DNA of 64,000 bases. Source: an uncultured Flavobacteriaceae bacterium. Its GTDB lineage: Bacteria; Bacteroidota; Bacteroidia; Flavobacteriales; Flavobacteriaceae. The stretch spans positions 3,188-67,187 of the forward strand of contig CAWWAC010000006.1 of the NCBI GenBank assembly GCA_963934855.1, written 5' to 3'. This document shows, in pieces, positions 27,238 through 36,729 of the stretch. Position 1 is the first letter of the stretch. Each line of letters opens with the position of its first letter. Made by a program: the position numbers and the translations under genes. The notes beneath the pieces were generated by a model. That model did no database searches, was not told the origin of the DNA, and saw only the letters and a program-made list of their open reading frames with translations.

Positions 27238-28171
27238 ATATTTTTTGTATGAGTTCTTGATATTCTGAGGTTAAGACACTTTTATGTGTTATGCCACCAC
27301 CACAGCGGTAGCTGCCGTCAGCTTCTAAAAAACGAATGAGGACTGCTGAGTCCAAATTATCTCCGTCAAAATACCCAGATATCCCTGTGTAATAGCCTCT
27401 AGGCTTTTTTTCAATATCTTTAATGAGCGCTGTGGTCTTAGGTTTTGGTGCGCCTGAGATAGAGCCAGCTGGAAGCATTTTATAAATAATATCTCCAATT
27501 TGAGATCTGTAATTGGTTGGTAAATCTCCTTGTATCCATGAACTCATTTGCCCAGTAATCTTCTTATGAGCAGTAAGCTCTTCATAGATCTGATACCGTT
27601 TTAATGTAATATTTTTTGCCACCAGGCTCATATCATTCCTAAGCAGATCTACAATAGTGGCGTGCTCTGCACGCTCCTTTAGGTCTGCTCTGAGCAATTG
27701 CTCTGCATTTGGAATGGTAGCGTCTATGGTCCCTTTCATTGGAAAGGTGTTGATTTTCTGATCTTTTATTTGAATAAAGGTCTCGGGAGAAAAACAGACA
27801 AACGCTCCTTCCAGCATTATTTTATATTTAGCTGTGGCTTCATTAAAAAGGGCTAACAAACTTCTATTAGAGATTAGTTTGCCTTTGGTGGTGAGGTTCA
27901 TTAAAAAAGTGTCCCCACGCATTAGAGCGCTTAGAGTCTCTTGGAATTTAAGACTGTAATCTTCTAGAGAAGGCATTATCACCTTAATTTCTAGTGGTTC
28001 TTTCTTGTTTGGTGTAGGCTTGTGGTTAGTGTGGCCCTGAAAATAATACTTAAAACTGTCTGGACAATCTTCTGCTTTCCATGCCAAAGGCTTTTGATTT
28101 TCAAAATCTATAAGAAACACAAAAGGGGTTTTTTGTGACCCCCAACTATTTAATTGCTCCTTTACTGTCAT
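27221..28171 (-). CDS. pabB: Aminodeoxychorismate synthase component I-like (chorismate-binding enzyme, short form)
   Basis: Chorismate-binding domain motifs (FSPETFI, AEHATIVDLLRND, PAGSISGAPKPKT, PRGYYTGISGYF). ATG at 28169-28171 is preferred over the TTG at 28207. Confidence 0.75.
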   Translation of the reverse strand: MTVKEQLNSWGSQKTPFVFLIDFENQKPLAWKAEDCPDSFKYYFQGHTNHKPTPNKKEPLEIKVIMPSLEDYSLKFQETLSALMRGDTFLMNLTTKGKLISNRSLLALFNEATAKYKIMLEGAFVCFSPETFIQIKDQKINTFPMKGTIDATIPNAEQLLRADLKERAEHATIVDLLRNDMSLVAKNITLKRYQIYEELTAHKKITGQMSSWIQGDLPTNYRSQIGDIIYKMLPAGSISGAPKPKTTALIKDIEKKPRGYYTGISGYFDGDNLDSAVLIRFLEADGSYRCGGGITHKSVLTSEYQELIQKIYVPIF

Positions 28172-28308
28172 GATAGACCTTGTATTTTGATTGACAAAAG
28201 TAATCAATATCCCTAGAGTTGATGTTAAAAATAAGTAGTGGATTCATATTGCCTTAGCAATTTTCAGTAGATTTACACAATGCCCTCTTGGGTTTTAGCC
28301 TGTTGTAT

Positions 28309-29313
28309 ATGATAAGTAAAAAAGAACCTGTTGCGGTCATTGGAGGTGGAAGCTGGGCTACTGCCATTGTTAAAATGCTTACAGAAAATGAGCACAGAGT
28401 CATTTGGTACATGAGAAATAAGGAGGCAATTGTTCATATTGAAACTGAATTTCACAATCCTAATTACTTGTCAGCTGTCAGTTTTAATTTAAATTATCTC
28501 ACCCTTACAGACAATATAGACAAAGCGCTTTCTAGTGCACAGACCATTGTGTTTGCCATTCCGTCTGCCTTTTTAGTGACTGAAATGTCTAAAGCTACTA
28601 TAGATTTAACCCAAAAAACTATATTTTCTGCTATTAAGGGAATTGTTCCAGAAACAGGGCTCATTGTTGGGGAGCACTTTAATATTCATTTCGGAGTTCC
28701 TCTAAATAAAATTGGAGTCATAACTGGGCCTTGCCATGCAGAAGAAGTGGCTCTAGAGCGCCTCTCTTTTTTAACTATAGCTTGCTCAGACTTAGAGATT
28801 GCTTCCAATATGGCACAAGCCCTAAACAGTTCTTTTATTAAGACTAAGATTTCAGATGACATTATTGGAGCAGAGTATGCGGCAGTACTTAAAAATATTT
28901 TTGCTATTGCAGCAGGTATCGCTCATGGTTTGGGATACGGAGACAACTTTCAAGCAGTACTAATGAGTAACGCCATAAGAGAAATGAAGCGCTTTATTAA
29001 GCGGGTTCACAAAATGAAACGCAACATTAATGACACGGCATATTTAGGAGATTTACTTGTTACTGGCTATTCCGTTTTTAGTAGAAACAGAATGTTTGGA
29101 AACATGATTGGCAAGGGCTATACCGTTAAAAGCGCTACCATGGAAATGAATATGGTTGCAGAAGGTTACTACGCTACCAAAAGTGCATTTCACATTATGA
29201 ACCAGATGAATAGGAAGTCAAAAACTCCTATTATTCAAGCGGTTTATGATATTCTTTACAATCAGAAAAATCCAAAAAAAACCTTTAATGCCCTTATAGA
29301 AAAGCTAGACTAG
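28309..29313 (+). CDS. gpsA: NAD(P)H-dependent glycerol-3-phosphate dehydrogenase
   Basis: N-terminal Rossmann motif VAVIGGGSWATAIV and GpsA-typical GPCHAEEVA segment. ATG at 28309 is preferred over the TTG at 28288. Confidence 0.9.
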   Translation: MISKKEPVAVIGGGSWATAIVKMLTENEHRVIWYMRNKEAIVHIETEFHNPNYLSAVSFNLNYLTLTDNIDKALSSAQTIVFAIPSAFLVTEMSKATIDLTQKTIFSAIKGIVPETGLIVGEHFNIHFGVPLNKIGVITGPCHAEEVALERLSFLTIACSDLEIASNMAQALNSSFIKTKISDDIIGAEYAAVLKNIFAIAAGIAHGLGYGDNFQAVLMSNAIREMKRFIKRVHKMKRNINDTAYLGDLLVTGYSVFSRNRMFGNMIGKGYTVKSATMEMNMVAEGYYATKSAFHIMNQMNRKSKTPIIQAVYDILYNQKNPKKTFNALIEKLD

Positions 29314-29322
29314 TTTCCTTTT

Positions 29323-31014
29323 TTAACCCTCATAAGGCCTGCTCATAGAAAAATTACTGTGCTCTTCTATGGCCTTTTCTAGAGCTTCTTTGCTTTTTTC
29401 TAAGGCTGCTTCTGTCCAAAACTCTTGGTCTTTAAAAAGTTTTAGTACGGCTTCTAAACTAGAAGAAATACTCTCTATATCAAAGTACAATCGTCCACTC
29501 CTTCTAATATAAAAATCTTCTGGACTGCAGACCATTTCATAATTCAACCCAAACTGCAGCTCTGCTAGAAGAAGTGCCAAACTGTGACTTCTATAATCTG
29601 CTGTTGGTTTAATAAGCTGTTTTTGTTTGTTGTAGATCTCCAAAATATCTTGAGCCTGTAAGCCGTAATTAGTCACTAAATGCCAAGCCTCATAGTGGGT
29701 TAAATAGTCTGCCTCTAATTGTTTACTCAATTTTTCTATATATTTTTGAACTGCTTTACTATTTTTAAATCCGTTCCCACAAAGGGGTATTTCTGCTGTT
29801 TGACATTTGTTTAAAGATTCTTTCTTTTCACTTGGCAATTTCTCTATGACCTTGTCTAAAACACGCTCCGCCATTTTTCTATAGCCAGTAAGCTTTCCTC
29901 CTGCAATACTAAAAAGCCCAGAACATGAGGTAAAAATCTCATCTTTTCTAGAAAGTTCAGATGCCGCCTTTCCCTCCTCATGAATAAGGGGTCTGAGCCC
30001 TACCCATGAAGAAACAATGTCTTCTAATTCTAAGTGAATTTTAGGAAACATATTGTTTACAGCAGAAATGAGGTATATAGCATCTGCCAAACTCACTCTT
30101 GGCTGGTCCTTATCTTTGTTAAAATTAGTATCTGTAGTTCCTACATAAGTGATTTTACCTCTAGGAATGGCGAACATCATTCTGCCGTCTGGTATGTCAA
30201 AATACACTGACTGTTTTATTGGGAGTTTACTGAATGGAAAAACTAGGTGAACCCCTTTGGTGAGGTGAAGCCTTTTTCCCTCTTTAGAATTATTTAATGC
30301 TCTTAAATCATCTACCCAAGGTCCAGCTGCACTAATGACATATGAGGCTTTCACCTTATAAGTTTCTCCAGAAATCTGGTCTTCTATACATACGCCAGCT
30401 ATCTGATTCTTTTTATAGATAAAATCAGTTACCTTAGAATAATTAAGAGCGGTAGCTCCTTTTAAAACAGCTGTTTTAATATTTTCTATGGTGAGTCTAG
30501 CGTCATCAGTTCTGTATTCTGCGTAATAACCTGCCCCTTTTAATATTTTCTTTGGCAAAAGTGGTTCTAAGGCCAAGGCTTCTTTTTTGTCTAGCATTTT
30601 CCTTTTGTCATCACCACTTACCTGAGCCAAAATATCATATACTTTTAGTCCTACAGAAGTAAGCCACTTTCCATATGAACCATTTTCTATGAGCGGCAGT
30701 AACATTTTTTCTGGCAAAACTAAATGAGGAGCTAACTTGTGCACAATGGCACGCTCAGAACCCACCTCTTTTACCAACCAAAAATCAAATTGTTTTAAAT
30801 ATCTAAGTCCTCCATGTATGAGTTTGGTTGACTTACTAGAGGTGCCAGAAGCAAAGTCTCCCTTTTCAAAGAGCACTACTTTTAAACCTCTACTAGCAGC
30901 GTCTAAAGCAATTCCTGCCCCAGTAATTCCACCACCTATGACAATTAAATCGTATTGATTGATAGCCAGTGAACTTATTTGTGTGGCTCTTTGTTTATTC
31001 GAAAAATCTAACAT
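29323..31014 (-). CDS. FAD-dependent glycerol-3-phosphate dehydrogenase/oxidase (GlpD/GlpO family)
   Basis: 563-aa ORF. N-terminal FAD motif DLIVIGGGITGAGIALDAASRG and the GGKLTGYR motif near the C-terminal part of the DAO domain. Confidence 0.9.
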   Translation of the reverse strand: MLDFSNKQRATQISSLAINQYDLIVIGGGITGAGIALDAASRGLKVVLFEKGDFASGTSSKSTKLIHGGLRYLKQFDFWLVKEVGSERAIVHKLAPHLVLPEKMLLPLIENGSYGKWLTSVGLKVYDILAQVSGDDKRKMLDKKEALALEPLLPKKILKGAGYYAEYRTDDARLTIENIKTAVLKGATALNYSKVTDFIYKKNQIAGVCIEDQISGETYKVKASYVISAAGPWVDDLRALNNSKEGKRLHLTKGVHLVFPFSKLPIKQSVYFDIPDGRMMFAIPRGKITYVGTTDTNFNKDKDQPRVSLADAIYLISAVNNMFPKIHLELEDIVSSWVGLRPLIHEEGKAASELSRKDEIFTSCSGLFSIAGGKLTGYRKMAERVLDKVIEKLPSEKKESLNKCQTAEIPLCGNGFKNSKAVQKYIEKLSKQLEADYLTHYEAWHLVTNYGLQAQDILEIYNKQKQLIKPTADYRSHSLALLLAELQFGLNYEMVCSPEDFYIRRSGRLYFDIESISSSLEAVLKLFKDQEFWTEAALEKSKEALEKAIEEHSNFSMSRPYEG

Positions 31015-31099
31015 AAACAGAGGTTTATATAATTAAAGGTAATAGATTAAGACTGCACCAAAAAAACTTTAAGCACGATCTACCTTGCAGATTCTACTA

Positions 31100-31456
31100 T
31101 TATTCAATATACTTTTTTTCTACAAAATACTGGCTAATGGCTTCCTTCATTAAGATAGATTGCTCTCCTGCTTTGAGTGGCGGCAGTGTTTCTAGTATTT
31201 TATAATGAGGCCAACCCTCTTCATCTACAAAATCAAATTCATAGTAGCCATAAGGTTCTAACACCCTACAAATAGCAATATGCATGAGGTTCACTTTTTC
31301 ATCTTTTTTAAAAGCTGTATGATATTTTCCAAGCTCTTGAACACCAATAAGGTAAATAATAGCGTCAAGATCTAGGGGATCTCCATCTGAGAAATGTGCC
31401 GATAATTTTTTTACCAATGCTTCCCAGCGTTCTTTTAATACTTGGTCTCTGGACAT
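31100..31456 (-). CDS. Hypothetical protein (118 aa, cytoplasmic, acidic)
   Basis: Clean ORF with an ATG start and no competing frame. No signal peptide or recognisable motif. Confidence 0.6.
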   Translation of the reverse strand: MSRDQVLKERWEALVKKLSAHFSDGDPLDLDAIIYLIGVQELGKYHTAFKKDEKVNLMHIAICRVLEPYGYYEFDFVDEEGWPHYKILETLPPLKAGEQSILMKEAISQYFVEKKYIE

Positions 31457-31585
31457 GTACTGTGCCTTTTTTAGTGGCTAAAGATACAAATCTAAAAGAG
31501 GTGTTATGCGTATTTTTACGCTTAAATCTGTCAATATATCTCTTATTTACACAAATGAATTAACTTAGAAGTTCAATACATATAT

Positions 31586-32098
31586 ATGAGTCCTATTGAT
31601 GTTGTTTTAATAATTTTGTGTGGTTTAGGTTTTTACAGGGGTTTTAAAAATGGGATTCTTATAGAAATTACCACCCTAGCCGCCCTACTTCTTGGATTCT
31701 ACGGCGCACAACACTTGGCCGCATTTACCGCTCGTTTTTTAAATGAAAGACTGGCCTGGGAGCCAGAGCAGATGTACCTCATTAGCCTTATCATTTCTTT
31801 TATAATGATTGTTTTAGTGGTTTACCTACTGGGTAAGGCCTTAACTAAAATGGCAGCTATGATCCTTTTAGGAGGTGTCAATAAAATTCTAGGGGGCTTT
31901 TTTGGCGTCCTCAAAGTGCTTATTATTTTGAGTGTTATACTGGCATATGGAAATGAATATTATGATTTAGTGACCCACCTACCGCAGGAATTTCATGAAA
32001 ATAGCCGTGGACTAGGCCCCTTAGAAACTTTTGGTAATTTTCTAATTCAAGAAGTCTTTATCTCCGAAAACCTCAATAAAATTAAATCCTTATTTTAA
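31586..32098 (+). CDS. CvpA-family membrane protein
   Basis: 170-aa ORF with 4 TM helices and an N-terminal IDVVLIILCGLGFYRGFKNG pattern typical of the colicin V production protein family. Confidence 0.75.
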   Translation: MSPIDVVLIILCGLGFYRGFKNGILIEITTLAALLLGFYGAQHLAAFTARFLNERLAWEPEQMYLISLIISFIMIVLVVYLLGKALTKMAAMILLGGVNKILGGFFGVLKVLIILSVILAYGNEYYDLVTHLPQEFHENSRGLGPLETFGNFLIQEVFISENLNKIKSLF

Positions 32099-32162
32099 TC
32101 AAATATTAATTGCAGACTAGCCTCTAAAATACAAGCTACTTTAAAGTCTAGATTTTTATCCT

Positions 32163-32170
32163 TAAATTTG
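32163..32170 (+). promoter_or_regulatory. -7 promoter box (TAAATTTG) upstream of aldehyde dehydrogenase gene
   Basis: Exact TAnnTTTG, 47 nt upstream of the ATG at 32217. Confidence 0.35.
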
Positions 32171-32216
32171 AACATAATATAACATTTACTCTTGTAAAAG
32201 TTAGAAAAACAACAAT

Positions 32217-33758
32217 ATGCCTTTAGATTCCATTCAAAAACAACTCTCCTTATTAGGGCTTTCCAAAGAAAATGCCGGTACCAAAATTGGGCACAAAACC
32301 ATTAAAGGTGGGGCGTTAATTGCTTCTTACTCGCCCGTAGATGGCAGCCTCATTGGGAGTGTAAATAGCACTACCCAGGAAGGCTATAAACAGGTCATGC
32401 AAGAAGCCAGTGCTGCTTTTTTAGACTGGAGGGTAAAACCTGCCCCTCTTAGAGGAGAGATTGTAAGACAACTTGGGGAAAAACTAAGAACATTAAAAGA
32501 GCCTTTGGGCGCTTTGGTATCTTATGAAATGGGTAAATCCTTACAAGAAGGTTTGGGTGAAGTACAGGAGATGATAGACATCTGTGATTTTGCTGTAGGA
32601 CTCTCTAGACAGCTACACGGCCTTACTATGCACTCCGAAAGACCTGGGCATAGAATGTATGAGCAATACCATCCATTAGGCGTTGTAGGGATTATTTCTG
32701 CCTTTAATTTTCCTGTGGCTGTTTGGGCTTGGAATGCTGCTTTAGCACTTGTTTGTGGGGACGTCTGTGTTTGGAAGCCTTCTGAAAAGACACCTCTTTG
32801 TGGCGTGGCTTGTCAAAAAATATTAGCAGATGTATTAGAAGAAAATAATTTATCTCCAGCCATTTCCAGTCTTATTAATGGAGACTATACCGTGGGGGAA
32901 TTGATGACAGAAGACAATAGAATGGCGCTTATTTCTGCTACAGGCTCAATTAGAATGGGTAAAATTGTAGCCCAAAAAATTGCAGCCAGATTAGGAAAAT
33001 CACTCTTGGAATTAGGTGGGAACAACGCCATTATAGTAACGCCAGATGCAGATCTAAAAATGACGCTCATGGGGGCTGTCTTTGGAGCTGTTGGAACTGC
33101 TGGGCAAAGATGTACCTCTACTAGAAGGCTCATTATTCACGAGTCTAGATATGAGGCGGTAAAAGAAGCGCTTATAAAGGCCTATGGCCAAATCAGAATT
33201 GGAAACCCACTAGACGCAAATATACATGTAGGCCCTCTTATAGACAAAGACGCTGTGACTAATTATAAGAATGCCCTAGAAAAAGCTGTTTCATTAGGGG
33301 GCGAACTTATAGTTCCTGGAGGTGCCTTAGAAGGTGAGGCTTATAGCAGTGGCTGTTATGTAAAACCTGCCATTGTAGCGGCTGAAAATCACTACTCCAT
33401 TGTACAAGAAGAAACATTTGCCCCTATACTGTATTTGTTAAAATACACAGGAGACTTAGAAAACGCCTTGGCCCTTCAGAATGGAGTAAAACAAGGACTT
33501 TCTTCTGCCATTATGACTAACAACCTAAGAGAGGCAGAGGCCTTTCTTTCTGTATCAGGTTCTGACTGTGGTATTGCCAATGTAAATATTGGAACCTCAG
33601 GGGCAGAAATTGGCGGTGCTTTTGGAGGTGAAAAAGAAACAGGAGGAGGTAGAGAATCTGGATCAGATGCTTGGAAAGTCTATATGAGGCGCCAAACAAA
33701 TACCATTAACTACACCACAGAATTACCTCTTGCACAAGGGATTACCTTTGATTTATAA
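32217..33758 (+). CDS. Aldehyde dehydrogenase family protein (ALDH7-like; aminoadipate-semialdehyde/piperideine-6-carboxylate dehydrogenase type)
   Basis: 513-aa ORF. Catalytic Glu motif LELGGNNA and catalytic Cys motif GTAGQRCTSTRR. The overall pattern resembles ALDH7/antiquitin homologues. Confidence 0.85.
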   Translation: MPLDSIQKQLSLLGLSKENAGTKIGHKTIKGGALIASYSPVDGSLIGSVNSTTQEGYKQVMQEASAAFLDWRVKPAPLRGEIVRQLGEKLRTLKEPLGALVSYEMGKSLQEGLGEVQEMIDICDFAVGLSRQLHGLTMHSERPGHRMYEQYHPLGVVGIISAFNFPVAVWAWNAALALVCGDVCVWKPSEKTPLCGVACQKILADVLEENNLSPAISSLINGDYTVGELMTEDNRMALISATGSIRMGKIVAQKIAARLGKSLLELGGNNAIIVTPDADLKMTLMGAVFGAVGTAGQRCTSTRRLIIHESRYEAVKEALIKAYGQIRIGNPLDANIHVGPLIDKDAVTNYKNALEKAVSLGGELIVPGGALEGEAYSSGCYVKPAIVAAENHYSIVQEETFAPILYLLKYTGDLENALALQNGVKQGLSSAIMTNNLREAEAFLSVSGSDCGIANVNIGTSGAEIGGAFGGEKETGGGRESGSDAWKVYMRRQTNTINYTTELPLAQGITFDL

Positions 33759-33774
33759 GTGAATAAAAATAAAT

Positions 33775-33801
33775 AAAAAGGGGCCATATGGCCCCTTTTT
33801 T
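33775..33801. terminator. Bidirectional Rho-independent terminator between convergent ALDH and desaturase genes
   Basis: Perfect 26-nt palindrome AAAAAGGGGCCAT/ATGGCCCCTTTTT. The GC-rich stem is flanked by an A run and a T run. Confidence 0.85.
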
Positions 33802-33805
33802 AGTT

Positions 33806-34798
33806 CTATAACATTCCATTAGGTGTCACCCATTTAAAATGGTGTTGGTCTTGGGGAAACTTCATGCGCTCAGAAATTCTAGTAAGCCTATCCGGTAATT
33901 TCACCAAATAATCTCTAGCTTTTTCAGCCTCATCTGAAAGCGCTCTTAGGCTTTCAATGTCCCAATAAGTATTAAGTTTTTGAAGAATGTCTATATAATC
34001 TTTTGAAGTATATACACCCAACCTTTGCGCACAATTAGAAAAGACCTCAAAAGCACTGCTAGCAGCACCGCCAGATTCTCTTAAAAAGTGGGCAGGCATC
34101 ACAATCTTTTTCTTCATCATGTCTGCAAATGCCAAAAGCATTTGAGAAGGATCTTGATCAAAAATATGTTTTACAAATTCTCGATATGCCAAATGGTGAC
34201 GCATTTCATCGCCAGCAATAATAGCGCACATTTTACCTAGTAAATGATTCCCAGTCTTTTTAGCAAACTGTCCCACCCTCTTATGAGAAATATTGGTGGC
34301 CAGCTCCTGAAAACTAGTATATACAAAGTTTTTATAAGGGTCTCTGTCGGTTCCAATATCAAAACCGTCAGCAATGAGGTATTGGGTACTTTTCTCTACC
34401 TCTTTCATATTAACCCTTCCAGACAAATACAAGTATTTATTGAGTACATCTCCATGTCTGTTCTCCTCAGAGGTCCAGTTTCTAATCCACTTAGTCCATC
34501 CATTTTTATCTTGATGCTGGTCAATTCCATCTACGTCCAAAAGCCAAGACTCATAAGTAGGTAAGGCTTCTTCTGTAATAGTATCTGCTACTAATGTCAC
34601 CCAAAGATCATATCCAATTTCTTTGGCTCCTTCTCTAATTTCAGTAACCTCTTTAAAAAACTGATCACTTTGAGAGTCTGGTAAAAAATCTGAGGGCTGC
34701 CAAATTTCTTCCACAGGAATGAGAAATTGATCAATAAAACCGTCAATTTTTGGTTCTAAAGATTTCATGACCTCTAATCTAATATTGTGTTGTGACAT
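33806..34798 (-). CDS. Soluble acyl-ACP desaturase (diiron, FA_desaturase_2 family)
   Basis: Two diiron-binding motifs of the soluble desaturase class (WTSEENRHGD and IAGDEMRHH). 330 aa with no TM helices. Confidence 0.85.
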   Translation of the reverse strand: MSQHNIRLEVMKSLEPKIDGFIDQFLIPVEEIWQPSDFLPDSQSDQFFKEVTEIREGAKEIGYDLWVTLVADTITEEALPTYESWLLDVDGIDQHQDKNGWTKWIRNWTSEENRHGDVLNKYLYLSGRVNMKEVEKSTQYLIADGFDIGTDRDPYKNFVYTSFQELATNISHKRVGQFAKKTGNHLLGKMCAIIAGDEMRHHLAYREFVKHIFDQDPSQMLLAFADMMKKKIVMPAHFLRESGGAASSAFEVFSNCAQRLGVYTSKDYIDILQKLNTYWDIESLRALSDEAEKARDYLVKLPDRLTRISERMKFPQDQHHFKWVTPNGML

Positions 34799-34832
34799 AA
34801 AAATATTTTAAGAAATACTGTAAAGATAAAAT

Positions 34833-35564
34833 TTACTGTGGATTTCTTCCCTGCTCATCTGGATAATATTGAAAAACCCTACTGCTCTGCCATATCTCTT
34901 TGGAATTCAAATCCATAGCAGATAGTGGTCCTTTAAAAGCAGCAGCAGTATCTATATTCCAAACATTTGCTTTCTGAACCGGTTTTGTTAATCCAATCTT
35001 ATCTAAAGAAGAGTGTCCAATAAATATTTCCTTGTACAATTTAAAGCGCTTTGGATATAAAGGATTCCCAATCTCTAAAGAAGGATTTAAGCAAAGAGCC
35101 GTTTCCCAGAGAGTTCTATCCCAATAGAAATTTTTTTCAAAATACTCATGAGAAACCCCTTTTTGATTGGTAAAGCCCGCATGAACAAAAAGCCTATTTT
35201 GACTGTCTAAATAAAAGGGTTTTAAAGAATAATAAAATTCAATATGGTTTTTAATTTTCTCTTTGGTTTGTCCGCTGTATGAGGCCACAGTTGCAGACCC
35301 ACCATGCTCCAGCCAAAGCGGGTTAGCCTTGCCATTTTCTAACCAATCTAAAGCAAGGGTGTCATGGTTGCCTTTCATAAAAATACATTCACAACGGCCA
35401 GATAATTCCATTAAATAATCGATGGTTTCTAAAGCCTCTGACCATCCATCTACATAATCGCCCAAAAAAATAAGCCGGTCACTTACCGTAGGTTTTATTT
35501 GTTTAACCAGCGCTTCTAGTGCCCTAAAGCCTGCATGTATGTCTCCAATAACAATTTCTCTCAT
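34833..35564 (-). CDS. Metallophosphoesterase (calcineurin-like Ser/Thr phosphatase family)
   Basis: Motifs GDIHAG, GDYVDG(W), GNHD and a later GH in canonical order. 243 aa. Lies 34 nt upstream of the desaturase gene on the same strand. Confidence 0.85.
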   Translation of the reverse strand: MREIVIGDIHAGFRALEALVKQIKPTVSDRLIFLGDYVDGWSEALETIDYLMELSGRCECIFMKGNHDTLALDWLENGKANPLWLEHGGSATVASYSGQTKEKIKNHIEFYYSLKPFYLDSQNRLFVHAGFTNQKGVSHEYFEKNFYWDRTLWETALCLNPSLEIGNPLYPKRFKLYKEIFIGHSSLDKIGLTKPVQKANVWNIDTAAAFKGPLSAMDLNSKEIWQSSRVFQYYPDEQGRNPQ

Positions 35565-35583
35565 GACTCCTCTTTTTTTATTA

Positions 35584-35591
35584 CAAAAGTA
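35584..35591 (-). promoter_or_regulatory. -7 promoter box (TACTTTTG) upstream of metallophosphoesterase-desaturase pair
   Basis: Exact TAnnTTTG on the minus strand, 20 nt upstream of the ATG at 35564. Confidence 0.35.
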
Positions 35592-35680
35592 AGGGTTACA
35601 AACTAATGAGAGTCCCTAAGGCGTCAATTATGCCTTTAAATAGATTGTACATCTGCTTGAACATCCCATTTATTGAAATA

Positions 35681-35688
35681 TATCTTTG
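35681..35688 (+). promoter_or_regulatory. -7 promoter box (TATCTTTG) upstream of fructokinase-like gene
   Basis: Exact TAnnTTTG, about 90 nt upstream of the ATG at 35779. Confidence 0.3.
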
Positions 35689-35778
35689 ACATGAACTCAT
35701 TTTCAACGTATTTTGGAGTGTTGGTACTTGAAATGCTAAAAAAAGATATTAAAGCAAGTACAATCATAAATTACACCC

Positions 35779-36729
35779 ATGAAAAAAGTATTTTGTATTG
35801 GAGAGTTGCTCATAGATTTTGTAGCAGAAAACCAAGGGAGTGACCTAAAAAAAGCCTTCGTTTTTACCAAAAAAGCTGGGGGCGCTCCTGCTAATGTGGC
35901 TTGTGCTATTAATAAATTAGGTGGTTATGCCGCCTTTATTGGAGCTATTGGAAAAGATGCCTTTGGAGATTTCCTATGGAATACCTTAGAATCGCACGAA
36001 GTAGACTTAAGTCTCACCCAAAAAAAAGACACCTTTACTACCTTAGCTTTTGTTTCCTTAGACGCTAACGGAGAAAGGGATTTTGTATTTAGTAGAGGTG
36101 CGGATAAAGAATTGCAATACGATAGTAGTGTGAAACATTTATTTAACCAACAAATGGTTCACTTTGGGGCTGCCACATCCTTTTTGGGAGGCGCATTAGA
36201 AGAAGCCTATGGCCACTATTTATTTGACGCACTTACCCAACAAGCCTTTATTAGTTTTGATCCCAACTTTAGAACAGACCTTTGGAAAAAAAATCCAGAA
36301 ACTTTTATCAAAAAATGTATGCCTTTTATAGAAAAGTCTCATCTCTGTAAATTTAGCCTCCAAGAAGCCTTGCTTTTATCTGGGAAAAGTCATTTAGAAG
36401 CCGCCTGTAAAGAGCTCCACGAATTTGGAGCCCCAATTATTTGTATCACTATGGGTGCAGAAGGTACGCTAGTGAGCACTCCAAAGTCAAAAAAACAAAT
36501 ACCTAGTACTCCAGTAAAAGTAGTAGACACCACAGGCGCTGGAGACGCCTTTATTGGTAGCTTACTCAGCCAAATTTCAAAGCTAAGTATTCCATTAGAC
36601 CGTTTAGATCAGCAACTAGAAGTGCTTTACGCTATGGTTTCAAAAGCCAATAGGGCAGGCGCACTAACCACAACAAAATACGGTGCTATTGCTGCCATCC
36701 CTGACAAAGAAATCCTAGAGAACAACTAA
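35779..36729 (+). CDS. PfkB-family carbohydrate kinase (fructokinase-like)
   Basis: 316-aa ORF. N-terminal GELLIDF and GGAPANVA motifs. C-terminal DTTGAGDAFIG ATP-binding/catalytic motif. Confidence 0.85.
   Translation: MKKVFCIGELLIDFVAENQGSDLKKAFVFTKKAGGAPANVACAINKLGGYAAFIGAIGKDAFGDFLWNTLESHEVDLSLTQKKDTFTTLAFVSLDANGERDFVFSRGADKELQYDSSVKHLFNQQMVHFGAATSFLGGALEEAYGHYLFDALTQQAFISFDPNFRTDLWKKNPETFIKKCMPFIEKSHLCKFSLQEALLLSGKSHLEAACKELHEFGAPIICITMGAEGTLVSTPKSKKQIPSTPVKVVDTTGAGDAFIGSLLSQISKLSIPLDRLDQQLEVLYAMVSKANRAGALTTTKYGAIAAIPDKEILENN

Noticed and set aside
28309-31014. Convergent gpsA (NAD(P)H G3P dehydrogenase) and FAD-dependent G3P dehydrogenase separated by only 9 nt, with no terminator.
   Set aside because: Both are ordinary glycerolipid/glycerol metabolism genes. 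Tail-to-tail packing without hairpins also occurs elsewhere in this window (6242-6245, 19191-19219, 36726-36729), so it appears to be a genome-wide style rather than a special feature.
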